The notes beneath the pieces were generated by a model. It made no database searches, was not told the origin of the DNA, and saw nothing but the letters and a program-made list of their open reading frames with translations. The translations under genes and the position numbers were made by a program. A stretch of 64,000 nucleotides of DNA from Eledone cirrhosa. Its lineage: Eukaryota. Numbering within the stretch: position 1 is the stretch's first letter; the number at the start of each line of letters is the position of its first letter. This document shows positions 41,601 to 54,000 of this stretch, piece after piece. The DNA is taken from assembly GCA_964016885.1 (NCBI GenBank), contig OZ024740.1:137082001-137146000 (forward strand). The letters run 5' to 3'.

Positions 41601-44600
41601 TTTCCCCCAATCTCCAATTCTCTTTTTCTCTTTACACTTTTCCCCAACCTCCAATTCTCTCTTTCTCTTCTCACTTTTCTCTCAATCTCCAATCCTCTCT
41701 TTCTGTTCTCAGTTTTCCCCCAATCTCCAATTCTCTCTTTCTCTTATCACTTTTCTCTCAATCTCCCATTCTCTCTCTCTCTTATCACTTTTCTCTCAAT
41801 CACCAATTCTCTCTTTCTCTTATCACTTTTCTCATAATCTCCAATTCTCTCTTTCTCTTATTACTTTTCTCTCAATCTCCAATTCTCTCTTTCTCTTATC
41901 ACTTCTCCCCCAATCTCCAATTCTCTCTTTCTCTTATCACTTTTCTCTCAATCTCCAATTCTCTCTTTCTCTTATCACTTTTACCATAATCTCCAATTCT
42001 CTCTTTCTCTTATCACTTTTCTCTCAATCTCCAATTCTCTCTTTCTCTTATCACTTTTCTGCCAATCTCCAATTCTCTCTTTCTCTTATCACTTTTCTCT
42101 CAATCTCCAATTCTCTCTTTCTCTTATCACTTTTCTCTCAATCTCTAATTCTCTCTTTCTCTTATCACTTTTCTCTCAATCTCCAATTCTCTCTTTCTCT
42201 TATCACTTTTCTCTCAATCACAATTTTCTCTTTCTCTTATCACCTTTCCCCCAATCTCCAATTCTCTCTTTCTCTTATCACTTTTATCTCAATCTGCAAT
42301 TCTCTCTTTCTCTTATCACTTTTCTCTCAATATCCAATTCTCTCTTTCTCTTCTCACTTTTCCCCTAATCTCCAATTCTCTCTTTCTCTTATCACTTTTC
42401 TCTCAATCTCCAATTCTCTCTTTCTCTTATCCATTTTCTCTCAATCTGCAATTCTCTCTTTCTTTTCTCACTTTTCCCCCAATCTCCAATTCTCTCTTTC
42501 TCTTCACACTTTTCCCCCAATCTCAAATTCTCTCTTTCTCTTATCACTTTTCTCTCAATCTCCAATTTTCTCTTTCTCTTATCACTTTTCTCTCCATCTC
42601 CAATCTTTCTTTCTCATATCACTTTTCTCTCAAACTCCAATTCTCTCTTTCTCTCATCACTTTTCTCTCAATCTCCAATTCTCTCTTTCTCTTCTCACTT
42701 TTCTCTCAATCTCCAATCCTCTCTTTCTGTTCTCAGTTTTCCCCCAATCTCCAATTCTCTATTTCTCTTAGCACTTTTCTCTCAATCCCCCATTCTCTCT
42801 CTCTCTTATCACTTTTCTCTCAAACTCCAATTCTCTCTTTCTCTTATCCCTTTTCTCTCAATCTCCAATTCTCTCTTTCTCTTATCACTTTTCTCTCAAT
42901 CTCCAATTCTCTCTTTCTCTTCTCACTTTTCTCTCAATCTCCAATCCTCTCTTTCTGTTCTCAGTTTTCCCCCAATCTCCAATTCTCTATTTCTCTTAGC
43001 ACTTTTCTCTCAATCCCCCATTCTCTCTCTTATCACTTTTCTCTCAAACTCCAATTCTCTCTTTCTTTTCTCACTTTTCCCCCAATCTCCAATTCTCTCT
43101 TTCTCTTCACACTTTTCCCCCAATCTCAAATTCTCTCTTTCTCTTATCACTTTTCTCTCAATCTCCAATTTTCTCTTTCTCTTATCACTTTTCTCTCCAT
43201 CTCCAATCTTTCTTTCTCATATCACTTTTCTCTCAAACTCCAATTCTCTCTTTCTCTCATCACTTTTCTCTCAATCTCCAATTCTCTCTTTCTCTTCTCA
43301 CTTTTCTCTCAATCTCCAATCCTCTCTTTCTGTTCTCAGTTTTCCCCCAATCTCCAATTCTCTATTTCTCTTAGCACTTTTCTCTCAATCCCCCATTCTC
43401 TCTCTCTCTTATCACTTTTCTCTCAAACTCCAATTCTCTCTTTCTCTTATCCCTTTTCTCTCAATCTCCAATTCTCTCTTTCTCTTATCACTTTTCTCTC
43501 AATCTCCAATTCTCTCTTTCTCTTCTCACTTTTCTCTCAATCTCCAATCCTCTCTTTCTGTTCTCAGTTTTCCCCCAATCTCCAATTCTCTATTTCTCTT
43601 AGCACTTTTCTCTCAATCCCCCATTCTCTCTCTTATCACTTTTCTCTCAAACTCCAATTCTCTCTTTCTCTTATCACTTTTCTCTCAACCTCCAATTCTC
43701 TCTTTCTCTTATCACTTTTCTCTCAATCTCCAATTCTCTCTTTCTCTTCTCACTTTTCCCCTAATCTCCAATTCTCTCTTTCTCTTATCACTTTTCTCTC
43801 AATCTCCAATTCTCCCTTTCTCTTATCCATTTTCTCTCAATCTGCAATTCTCTCTTTCTTTTCCCACTTTTCCCCCAATCTCCAATTCTCTCTTTCTCTT
43901 CTCACTTTTCTCTCAATCTCCAATCCTCTCTATCTGTTCTCAGTTTTCCCCCAATCTCCAATTCTCTATTTCTCTTAGCACTTTTCTTTCAATCCCCTAT
44001 TCTCTCTCTCTCTTATCACTTTTCTCTCAATCTCCAATTTTCTCTTTCTCTTATCACTTTTCTCTCAAACTCCAATTCTCTCTTTCTCTCATCACCTTTC
44101 TCTCAATCGCCAACTCTCTCTTTCTCTTATCCCTTTTCTCTCAATCTCCAATTATCTCTTTCTCTTATCACTTTTCTCTCAATCTCCAATTCTCTCTTTC
44201 TCTTCTCACTTTTCCCTCAATCTCCAATTCTCTTTTTCTCTTTACACTTTTCCCCAACCTCCAATTCTCTCTTTCTCTTATCACTTTTCTCTCAATCTCC
44301 CATTCTCTCTTTCTCTTCTCACTTTTCTCTCAATCTCCAATCCTCTCTTTCTATTCTCAGTTTTCCCCCAATCTCCAATTCTCTCTTTCTCTTATCACTT
44401 TTCTCTCAATCTCCCATTCTCTCTCTCTCTTATCACTTTTCTCTCAATCACCAATTCTCTCTTTCTCTTATCACTTTTCTCATAATCTCCAATTCTCTCT
44501 TTCTCTTATTACTTTTCTCTCAATCTCCAATTCTCTCTTTCTCTTATCACTTCTCCCCCAATCTACAATTCTCTCTTTCTCTTATCACTTTTCTCTCAAT

Positions 44601-47600
44601 CTCCAATTCTCTCTTTCTCTTATCACTTTTCTCTCAATCTCCAATTCTCTCTTTCTCTTCTCACTTTTCCCCTAATCTCCAATTCTCTCTTTCTCTTATC
44701 ACTTTTCTCTCAATCTCCAATTCTCCCTTTCTCTTATCCATTTTCTCTCAATCTGCAATTCTCTCTTTCTTTTCCCACTTTTCCCCCAATCTCCAATTCT
44801 CTCTTTCTCTTCTCACTTTTCTCTCAATCTCCAATCCTCTCTATCTGTTCTCAGTTTTCCCCCAATCTCCAATTCTCTATTTCTCTTAGCACTTTTCTTT
44901 CAATCCCCCATTCTCTCTCTCTCTTATCACTTTTCTCTCAATCTCCAATTTTCTCTTTCTCTTATCACTTTTCTCTCAAACTCCAATTCTCTCTTTCTCT
45001 CATCACCTTTCTCTCAATCACCAACTCTCACTTTCTCTTATCCCTTTTCTCTCAATCTCCAATTATCTCTTTCTCTTATCACTTTTCTCTCAATCTCCAA
45101 TTCTCTCTTTCTCTTCTCACTTTTCCCCCAATCTCCAATTCTCTTTTTCTCTTTACACTTTTCCCCAACCTCCAATTCTCTCTTTCTCTTATCACTTTTC
45201 TCTCAATCTCCAATTCTCTCTTTCTCTTCTCACTTTTCTCTCAATCTCCAATCCTCTCTTTCTGTTCTCAGTTTTCCCCCAATCTCCAATTCTCTCTTTC
45301 TCTTATCACTTTTCTCTCAATCTCCCATTCTCTCTCTCTCTTATCACATTTCTCTCAATCTCCAATTCTCTCTTTCTCTTATCACTTCTCCCCCAATCTA
45401 CAATTCTCTCTTTCTCTTATCACTATTCTCTCAATCTCCAATTCTCTCTTTCTCTTATCACTTTTCCCATAATCTCCAATTCTCTCTGTCTCTTATCACT
45501 TTTCTCTCAATCTCCAATTCTCTCTTTCTCTTCTCACTTTTCCCCCAATCTCCAATTCTCTTTTTCTCTTTACACTTTTCCCCAACCTCCAATTCTCTCT
45601 TTCTCTTCTCACTTTTCTCTCAATCTCCAATCCTCTCTTTCTGTTCTCAGTTTTCCCCCAATCTCCAATTCTCTCTTTCTCTTATCACTTTTCTCTCAAT
45701 CTCCCATTCTCTCTCTCTCTTATCACTTTTCTCTCAATCACCAATTCTCTCTTTCTCTTATCACTTTTCTCATAATCTCCAATTCTCTCTTTCTCTTATT
45801 ACTTTTCTCTCAATCTCCAATTCTCTCTTTCTCTTATCACTTCTCCCCCAATCTCCAATTCTCTCTTTCTCTTATCACTTTTCTCTCAATCTCCAATTCT
45901 CTCTTTCTCTTATCACTTTTCCCATAATCTCCAATTCTCTCTTTCTCTTATCACTTTTCTCTCAATCTCCAATTCTCTCTTTCTCTTATCACTTTTCTGC
46001 CAATCTCCAATTCTCTCTTTCTCTTATCACTTTTCTCTCAATCTCCAATTCTCTCTTTCTCTTATCACTTTTCTCTCAATCTCTAATTCTCTCTTTCTCT
46101 TATCACTTTTCTCTCAATCTCCAATTCTCTCTTTCTCTTATCACTTTTCTCTCAATCACAATTTTCTCTTTCTCTTATCACCTTTCCCCCAATCTCCAAT
46201 TCTCTCTTTCTCTTATCACTTTTATCTCAATCTGCAATTCTCTCTTTCTCTTATCACTTTTCTCTCAATATCCAATTCTCTCTTTCTCTTCTCACTTTTC
46301 CCCTAATCTCCAATTCTCTCTTTCTCTTATCACTTTTCTCTCAATCTCCAATTCTCTCTTTCTCTTATCCATTTTCTCTCAATCTGCAATTCTCTCTTTC
46401 TTTTCTCACTTTTCCCCCAATCTCCAATTCTCTCTTTCTCTTCACACTTTTCCCCCAATCTCAAATTCTCTCTTTCTCTTATCACTTTTCTCTCAATCTC
46501 CAATTTTCTCTTTCTCTTATCACTTTTCTCTCCATCTCCAATCTTTCTTTCTCATATCACTTTTCTCTCAAACTCCAATTCTCTCTTTCTCTCATCACTT
46601 TTCTCTCAATCTCCAATTCTCTCTTTCTCTTCTCACTTTTCTCTCAATCTCCAATCCTCTCTTTCTGTTCTCAGTTTTCCCCCAATCTCCAATTCTCTAT
46701 TTCTCTTAGCACTTTTCTCTCAATCCCCCATTCTCTCTCTCTCTTATCACTTTTCTCTCAAACTCCAATTCTCTCTTTCTCTTATCCCTTTTCTCTCAAT
46801 CTCCAATTCTCTCTTTCTCTTATCACTTTTCTCTCAATCTCCAATTCTCTCTTTCTCTTCTCACTTTTCTCTCAATCTCCAATCCTCTCTTTCTGTTCTC
46901 AGTTTTCCCCCAATCTCCAATTCTCTATTTCTCTTAGCACTTTTCTCTCAATCCCCCATTCTCTCTCTTATCACTTTTCTCTCAAACTCCAATTCTCTCT
47001 TTCTTTTCTCACTTTTCCCCCAATCTCCAATTCTCTCTTTCTCTTCACACTTTTCCCCCAATCTCAAATTCTCTCTTTCTCTTACCACTTTTCTCTCAAT
47101 CTCCAATTTTCTCTTTCTCTTATCACTTTTCTCTCCATCTCCAATCTTTCTTTCTCATATCACTTTTCTCTCAAACTCCAATTCTCTCTTTCTCTCATCA
47201 CTTTTCTCTCAATCTCCAATTCTCTCTTTCTCTTCTCACTTTTCTCTCAATCTCCAATCCTCTCTTTCTGTTCTCAGTTTTCCCCCAATCTCCAATTCTC
47301 TATTTCTCTTAGCACTTTTCTCTCAATCCCCCATTCTCTCTCTCTCTTATCACTTTTCTCTCAAACTCCAATTCTCTCTTTCTCTTATCCCTTTTCTCTC
47401 AATCTCCAATTCTCTCTTTCTCTTATCACTTTTCTCTCAATCTCCAATTCTCTCTTTCTCTTCTCACTTTTCTCTCAATCTCCAATCCTCTCTTTCTGTT
47501 CTCAGTTTTCCCCCAATCTCCAATTCTCTATTTCTCTTAGCACTTTTCTCTCAATCCCCCATTCTCTCTCTTATCACTTTTCTCTCAAACTCCAATTCTC

Positions 47601-50600
47601 TCTTTCTCTTATCACTTTTCTCTCAACCTCCAATTCTCTCTTTCTCTTATCACTTTTCTCTCAATCTCCAATTCTCTCTTTCTCTTCTCACTTTTCCCCT
47701 AATCTCCAATTCTCTCTTTCTCTTATCACTTTTCTCTCAATCTCCAATTCTCCCTTTCTCTTATCCATTTTCTCTCAATCTGCAATTCTCTCTTTCTTTT
47801 CCCACTTTTCCCCCAATCTCCAATTCTCTCTTTCTCTTCTCACTTTTCTCTCAATCTCCAATCCTCTCTATCTGTTCTCAGTTTTCCCCCAATCTCCAAT
47901 TCTCTATTTCTCTTAGCACTTTTCTTTCAATCCCCTATTCTCTCTCTCTCTTATCACTTTTCTCTCAATCTCCAATTTTCTCTTTCTCTTATCACTTTTC
48001 TCTCAAACTCCAATTCTCTCTTTCTCTCATCACCTTTCTCTCAATCGCCAACTCTCTCTTTCTCTTATCCCTTTTCTCTCAATCTCCAATTATCTCTTTC
48101 TCTTATCACTTTTCTCTCAATCTCCAATTCTCTCTTTCTCTTCTCACTTTTCCCTCAATCTCCAATTCTCTTTTTCTCTTTACACTTTTCCCCAACCTCC
48201 AATTCTCTCTTTCTCTTATCACTTTTCTCTCAATCTCCCATTCTCTCATTCTCTTCTCACTTTTCTCTCAATCTCCAATCCTCTCTTTCTATTCTCAGTT
48301 TTCCCCCAATCTCCAATTCTCTCTTTCTCTTATCACTTTTCTCTCAATCTCCCATTCTCTCTCTCTCTTATCACTTTTCTCTCAATCACCAATTCTCTCT
48401 TTCTCTTATCACTTTTCTCATAATCTCCAATTCTCTCTTTCTCTTATTACTTTTCTCTCAATCTCCAATTCTCTCTTTCTCTTATCACTTCTCCCCCAAT
48501 CTACAATTCTCTCTTTCTCTTATCACTTTTCTCTCAATCTCCAATTCTCTCTTTCTCTTATCACTTTTCTCTCAATCTCCAATTCTCTCTTTCTCTTCTC
48601 ACTTTTCCCCTAATCTCCAATTCTCTCTTTCTCTTATCACTTTTCTCTCAATCTCCAATTCTCCCTTTCTCTTATCCATTTTCTCTCAATCTGCAATTCT
48701 CTCTTTCTTTTCCCACTTTTCCCCCAATCTCCAATTCTCTCTTTCTCTTCTCACTTTTCTCTCAATCTCCAATCCTCTCTATCTGTTCTCAGTTTTCCCC
48801 CAATCTCCAATTCTCTATTTCTCTTAGCACTTTTCTTTCAATCCCCCATTCTCTCTCTCTCTTATCACTTTTCTCTCAATCTCCAATTTTCTCTTTCTCT
48901 TATCACTTTTCTCTCAAACTCCAATTCTCTCTTTCTCTCATCACCTTTCTCTCAATCACCAACTCTCACTTTCTCTTATCCCTTTTCTCTCAATCTCCAA
49001 TTATCTCTTTCTCTTATCACTTTTCTCTCAATCTCCAATTCTCTCTTTCTCTTCTCACTTTTCCCCCAATCTCCAATTCTCTTTTTCTCTTTACACTTTT
49101 CCCCAACCTCCAATTCTCTCTTTCTCTTATCACTTTTCTCTCAATCTCCAATTCTCTCTTTCTCTTCTCACTTTTCTCTCAATCTCCAATCCTCTCTTTC
49201 TGTTCTCAGTTTTCCCCCAATCTCCAATTCTCTCTTTCTCTTATCACTTTTCTCTCAATCTCCCATTCTCTCTCTCTCTTATCACATTTCTCTCAATCTC
49301 CAATTCTCTCTTTCTCTTATCACTTCTCCCCCAATCTACAATTCTCTCTTTCTCTTATCACTATTCTCTCAATCTCCAATTCTCTCTTTCTCTTATCACT
49401 TTTCCCATAATCTCCAATTCTCTCTGTCTCTTATCACTTTTCTCTCAATCTCCAATTCTCTCTTTCTCTTCTCACTTTTTCCCCAATCTCCAATTCTCTT
49501 TTTCTCTTTACACTTTTCCCCAACCTCCAATTCTCTCTTTCTCTTCTCACTTTTCTCTCAATCTCCAATCCTCTCTTTCTGTTCTCAGTTTTCCCCCAAT
49601 CTCCAATTCTCTCTTTCTCTTATCACTTTTCTCTCAATCTCCCATTCTCTCTCTCTCTTATCACTTTTCTCTCAATCACCAATTCTCTCTTTCTCTTATC
49701 ACTTTTCTCATAATCTCCAATTCTCTCTTTCTCTTATTACTTTTCTCTCAATCTGCAATTCTCTCTTTCTCTTATCACTTCTCCCCCAATCTCCAATTCT
49801 CTCTTTCTCTTATCACTTTTCTCTCAATCTCCAATTCTCTCTTTCTCTTATCACTTTTCCCATAATCTCCAATTCTCTCTTTCTCTTATCACTTTTCTCT
49901 CAATCTCCAATTCTCTCTTTCTCTTATCACTTTTCTGCCAATCTCCAATTCTCTCTTTCTCTTATCACTTTTCTCTCAATCTCCAATTCTCTCTTTCTCT
50001 TATCACTTTTCTCTCAATCTCTAATTCTCTCTTTCTCTTATCACTTTTCTCTCAATCTCCAATTCTCTCTTTCTCTTATCACTTTTCTCTCAATCACAAT
50101 TTTCTCTTTCTCTTATCACCTTTCCCCCAATCTCCAATTCTCTCTTTCTCTTATCACTTTTATCTCAATCTGCAATTCTCTCTTTCTCTTATCACTTTTC
50201 TCTCAATATCCAATTCTCTCTTTCTCTTCTCACTTTTCCCCTAATCTCCAATTCTCTCTTTCTCTTATCACTTTTCTCTCAATCTCCAATTCTCTCTTTC
50301 TCTTATCCATTTTCTCTCAATCTGCAATTCTCTCTTTCTTTTCTCACTTTTCCCCCAATCTCCAATTCTCTCTTTCTCTTCACACTTTTCCCCCAATCTC
50401 AAATTCTCTCTTTCTCTTATCACTTTTCTCTCAATCTCCAATTTTCTCTTTCTCTTATCACTTTTCTCTCCATCTCCAATCTTTCTTTCTCATATCACTT
50501 TTCTCTCAAACTCCAATTCTCTCTTTCTCTCATCACTTTTCTCTCAATCTCCAATTCTCTCTTTCTCTTCTCACTTTTCTCTCAATCTCCAATCCTCTCT

Positions 50601-50940
50601 TTCTGTTCTCAGTTTTCCCCCAATCTCCAATTCTCTATTTCTCTTAGCACTTTTCTCTCAATCCCCCATTCTCTCTCTCTCTTATCACTTTTCTCTCAAA
50701 CTCCAATTCTCTCTTTCTCTTATCCCTTTTCTCTCAATCTCCAATTCTCTCTTTCTCTTATCACTTTTCTCTCAATCTCCAATTCTCTCTTTCTCTTCTC
50801 ACTTTTCTCTCAATCTCCAATCCTCTCTTTCTGTTCTCAGTTTTCCCCCAATCTCCAATTCTCTATTTCTCTTAGCACTTTTCTCTCAATCCCCCATTCT
50901 CTCTCTTATCACTTTTCTCTCAAACTCCAATTCTCTCTTT
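39120..50940. repeat. Three near-identical tandem copies of a 3938-bp HOR (about 104 monomers; a 3335-bp unit plus a 603-bp duplicated block)
   Basis: ATCGCCAAC at 40168, 44106, 48044. TCTGTCTC G at 41550, 45488, 49426. TCTCAAA at 39186/43124/47062 and 42521/46459/50397. All are spaced 3938 apart. Confidence 0.92.
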
Positions 50941-51019
50941 CTCTTATCACTTTTCTCTCAACCTCCAATTCTCTCTTTCTCTTATCACTTTTCTCTCAAT
51001 CTCCAATTCTCTCTTTCTC

Positions 51020-54000
51020 TTCTCACTTTTCCCCTAATCTCCAATTCTCTCTTTCTCTTATCACTTTTCTCTCAATCTCCAATTCTCCCTTTCTCTTATC
51101 CATTTTCTCTCAATCTGCAATTCTCTCTTTCTTTTCCCACTTTTCCCCCAATCTCCAATTCTCTCTTTCTCTTCTCACTTTTCTCTCAATCTCCAATCCT
51201 CTCTATCTGTTCTCAGTTTTCCCCCAATCTCCAATTCTCTATTTCTCTTAGCACTTTTCTTTCAATCCCCTATTCTCTCTCTCTCTTATCACTTTTCTCT
51301 CAATCTCCAATTTTCTCTTTCTCTTATCACTTTTCTCTCAAACTCCAATTCTCTCTTTCTCTCATCACCTTTCTCTCAATCGCCAACTCTCTCTTTCTCT
51401 TATCCCTTTTCTCTCAATCTCCAATTATCTCTTTCTCTTATCACTTTTCTCTCAATCTCCAATTCTCTCTTTCTCTTCTCACTTTTCCCTCAATCTCCAA
51501 TTCTCTTTTTCTCTTTACACTTTTCCCCAACCTCCAATTCTCTCTTTCTCTTATCACTTTTCTCTCAATCTCCCATTCTCTCTTTCTATTCTCACTTTTC
51601 TCTCAATCTCCAATCCTCTCTTTCTGTTCTCAGTTTTCCCCCAATCTCCAATTCTCTCTTTCTCTTATCACTTTTCTCTCAATCTCCCATTCTCTCTCTC
51701 TCTTATCACTTTTCTCTCAATCACCAATTCTCTCTTTCTCTTATCACTTTTCTCATAATCTCCAATTCTCTCTTTCTCTTATTACTTTTCTCTCAATCTC
51801 CAATTCTCTCTTTCTCTTATCACTTCTCCCCCAATCTACAATTCTCTCTTTCTCTTATCACTTTTCTCTCAATCTCCAATTCTCTCTTTCTCTTATCACT
51901 TTTCTCTCAATCTCCAATTCTCTCTTTCTCTTCTCACTTTTCCCCTAATCTCCAATTCTCTCTTTCTCTTATCACTTTTCTCTCAATCTCCAATTCTCCC
52001 TTTCTCTTATCCATTTTCTCTCAATCTGCAATTCTCTCTTTCTTTTCCCACTTTTCCCCCAATCTCCAATTCTCTCTTTCTCTTCTCACTTTTCTCTCAA
52101 TCTCCAATCCTCTCTATCTGTTCTCAGTTTTCCCCCAATCTCCAATTCTCTATTTCTCTTAGCACTTTTCTTTCAATCCCCCATTCTCTCTCTCTCTTAT
52201 CACTTTTCTCTCAATCTCCAATTTTCTCTTTCTCTTATCACTTTTATCTCAAACTCCAATTCTCTCTTTCTCTCATCACCTTTCTCTCAATCACCAACTC
52301 TCACTTTCTCTTATCCCTTTTCTCTCAATCTCCAATTATCTCTTTCTCTTATCACTTTTCTCTCAATCTCCAATTCTCTCTTTCTCTTCTCACTTTTCCC
52401 CCAATCTCCAATTCTCTTTTTCTCTTTACACTTTTCCCCAACCTCCAATTCTCTCTTTCTCTTATCACTTTTCTCTCAATCTCCAATTCTCTCTTTCTCT
52501 TCTCACTTTTCTCTCAATCTCCAATCCTCTCTTTCTGTTCTCAGTTTTCCCCCAATCTCCAATTCTCTCTTTCTCTTATCACTTTTCTCTCAATCTCCCA
52601 TTCTCTCTCTCTCTTATCACATTTCTCTCAATCTCCAATTCTCTCTTTCTCTTATCACTTCTCCCCCAATCTACAATTCTCTCTTTCTCTTATCACTATT
52701 CTCTCAATCTCCAATTCTCTCTTTCTCTTATCACTTTTCCCATAATCTCCAATTCTCTCTGTCTCTTATCACTTTTCTCTCAATCTCCAATTCTCTCTTT
52801 CTCTTATCACTTTTCTGCCAATCTCCAATTCTCTCTTTCTCTTATCACTTTTCTCTCAATCTCCAATTCTCTCTTTCTCTTATCACTTTTCTGTCAATCT
52901 CCAATTCTCTCTTTCTCTTATCACTTTTCTCTCAATCTCTAATTCTCTCTTTCTCTTATCACTTTTCTCTCAATCTCCAATTCTCTCTTTCTCTTATCAC
53001 TTTTCTCTCAATCACAATTTTCTCTTTCTCTTATCACCTTTCCCCCAATCTCCAATTCTCTCTTTCTCTTATCACTTTTATCTCAATCTGCAATTCTCTC
53101 TTTCTCTTATCACTTTTCTCTCAATCTCCAATTCTCTCTTTCTCTTCTCACTTTTCCCCTAATCTCCAATTCTCTCTTTCTCTTATCACTTTTCTCTCAA
53201 TCTCCAATTCTCTCTTTCTCTTATCCATTTTCTCTCAATCTGCAATTCTCTCTTTCTTTTCTCACTTTTCCCCCAATCTCCAATTCTCTCTTTCTCTTCA
53301 CACTTTTCCCCCAATCTCAAATTCTCTATTTCTCTTAGCACTTTTCTCTCAATCCCCCATTCTCTCTCTCTCTTATCACTTTTCTCTCAAACTCCAATTC
53401 TCTCTTTCTCTTATCACTTTTCTCTCAATCTCCAATTCTCTCTTTCTCTTATCACTTTTCTCTCAATCTCCAATTCTCTCTTTCTCTTCTCACTTTTCTC
53501 TCAGTCTCCAATCCTCTCTTTCTGTTCTCACTTTTCCCCTAATCTCCAATTCTCTCTTTCTCTTATCACTTTTCTCTCAATCTCCAATTCTCCCTTTCTC
53601 TTATCCATTTTCTCTCAATCTGCAATTCTCTCTTTCTTTTCCCACTTTTCCCCCAATCTCCAATTCTCTCTTTCTCTTCTCACTTTTCTCTCAATCTCCA
53701 ATCCTCTCTATCTGTTCTCAGTTTTCCCCCAATCTCCAATTCTCTATTTCTCTTAGCACTTTTCTTTCAATCCCCTATTCTCTCTCTCTCTTATCACTTT
53801 TCTCTCAATCTCCAATTTTCTCTTTCTCTTATCACTTTTCTCTCAAACTCCAATTCTCTCTTTCTCTCATCACCTTTCTCTCAATCGCCAACTCTCTCTT
53901 TCTCTTATACCTTTTCTCTCAATCTCCAATTATCTCTTTCTCTTATCACTTTTCTCTCAATCTCCAATTCTCTCTTTCTCTTCTCACTTTTCCCTCAATC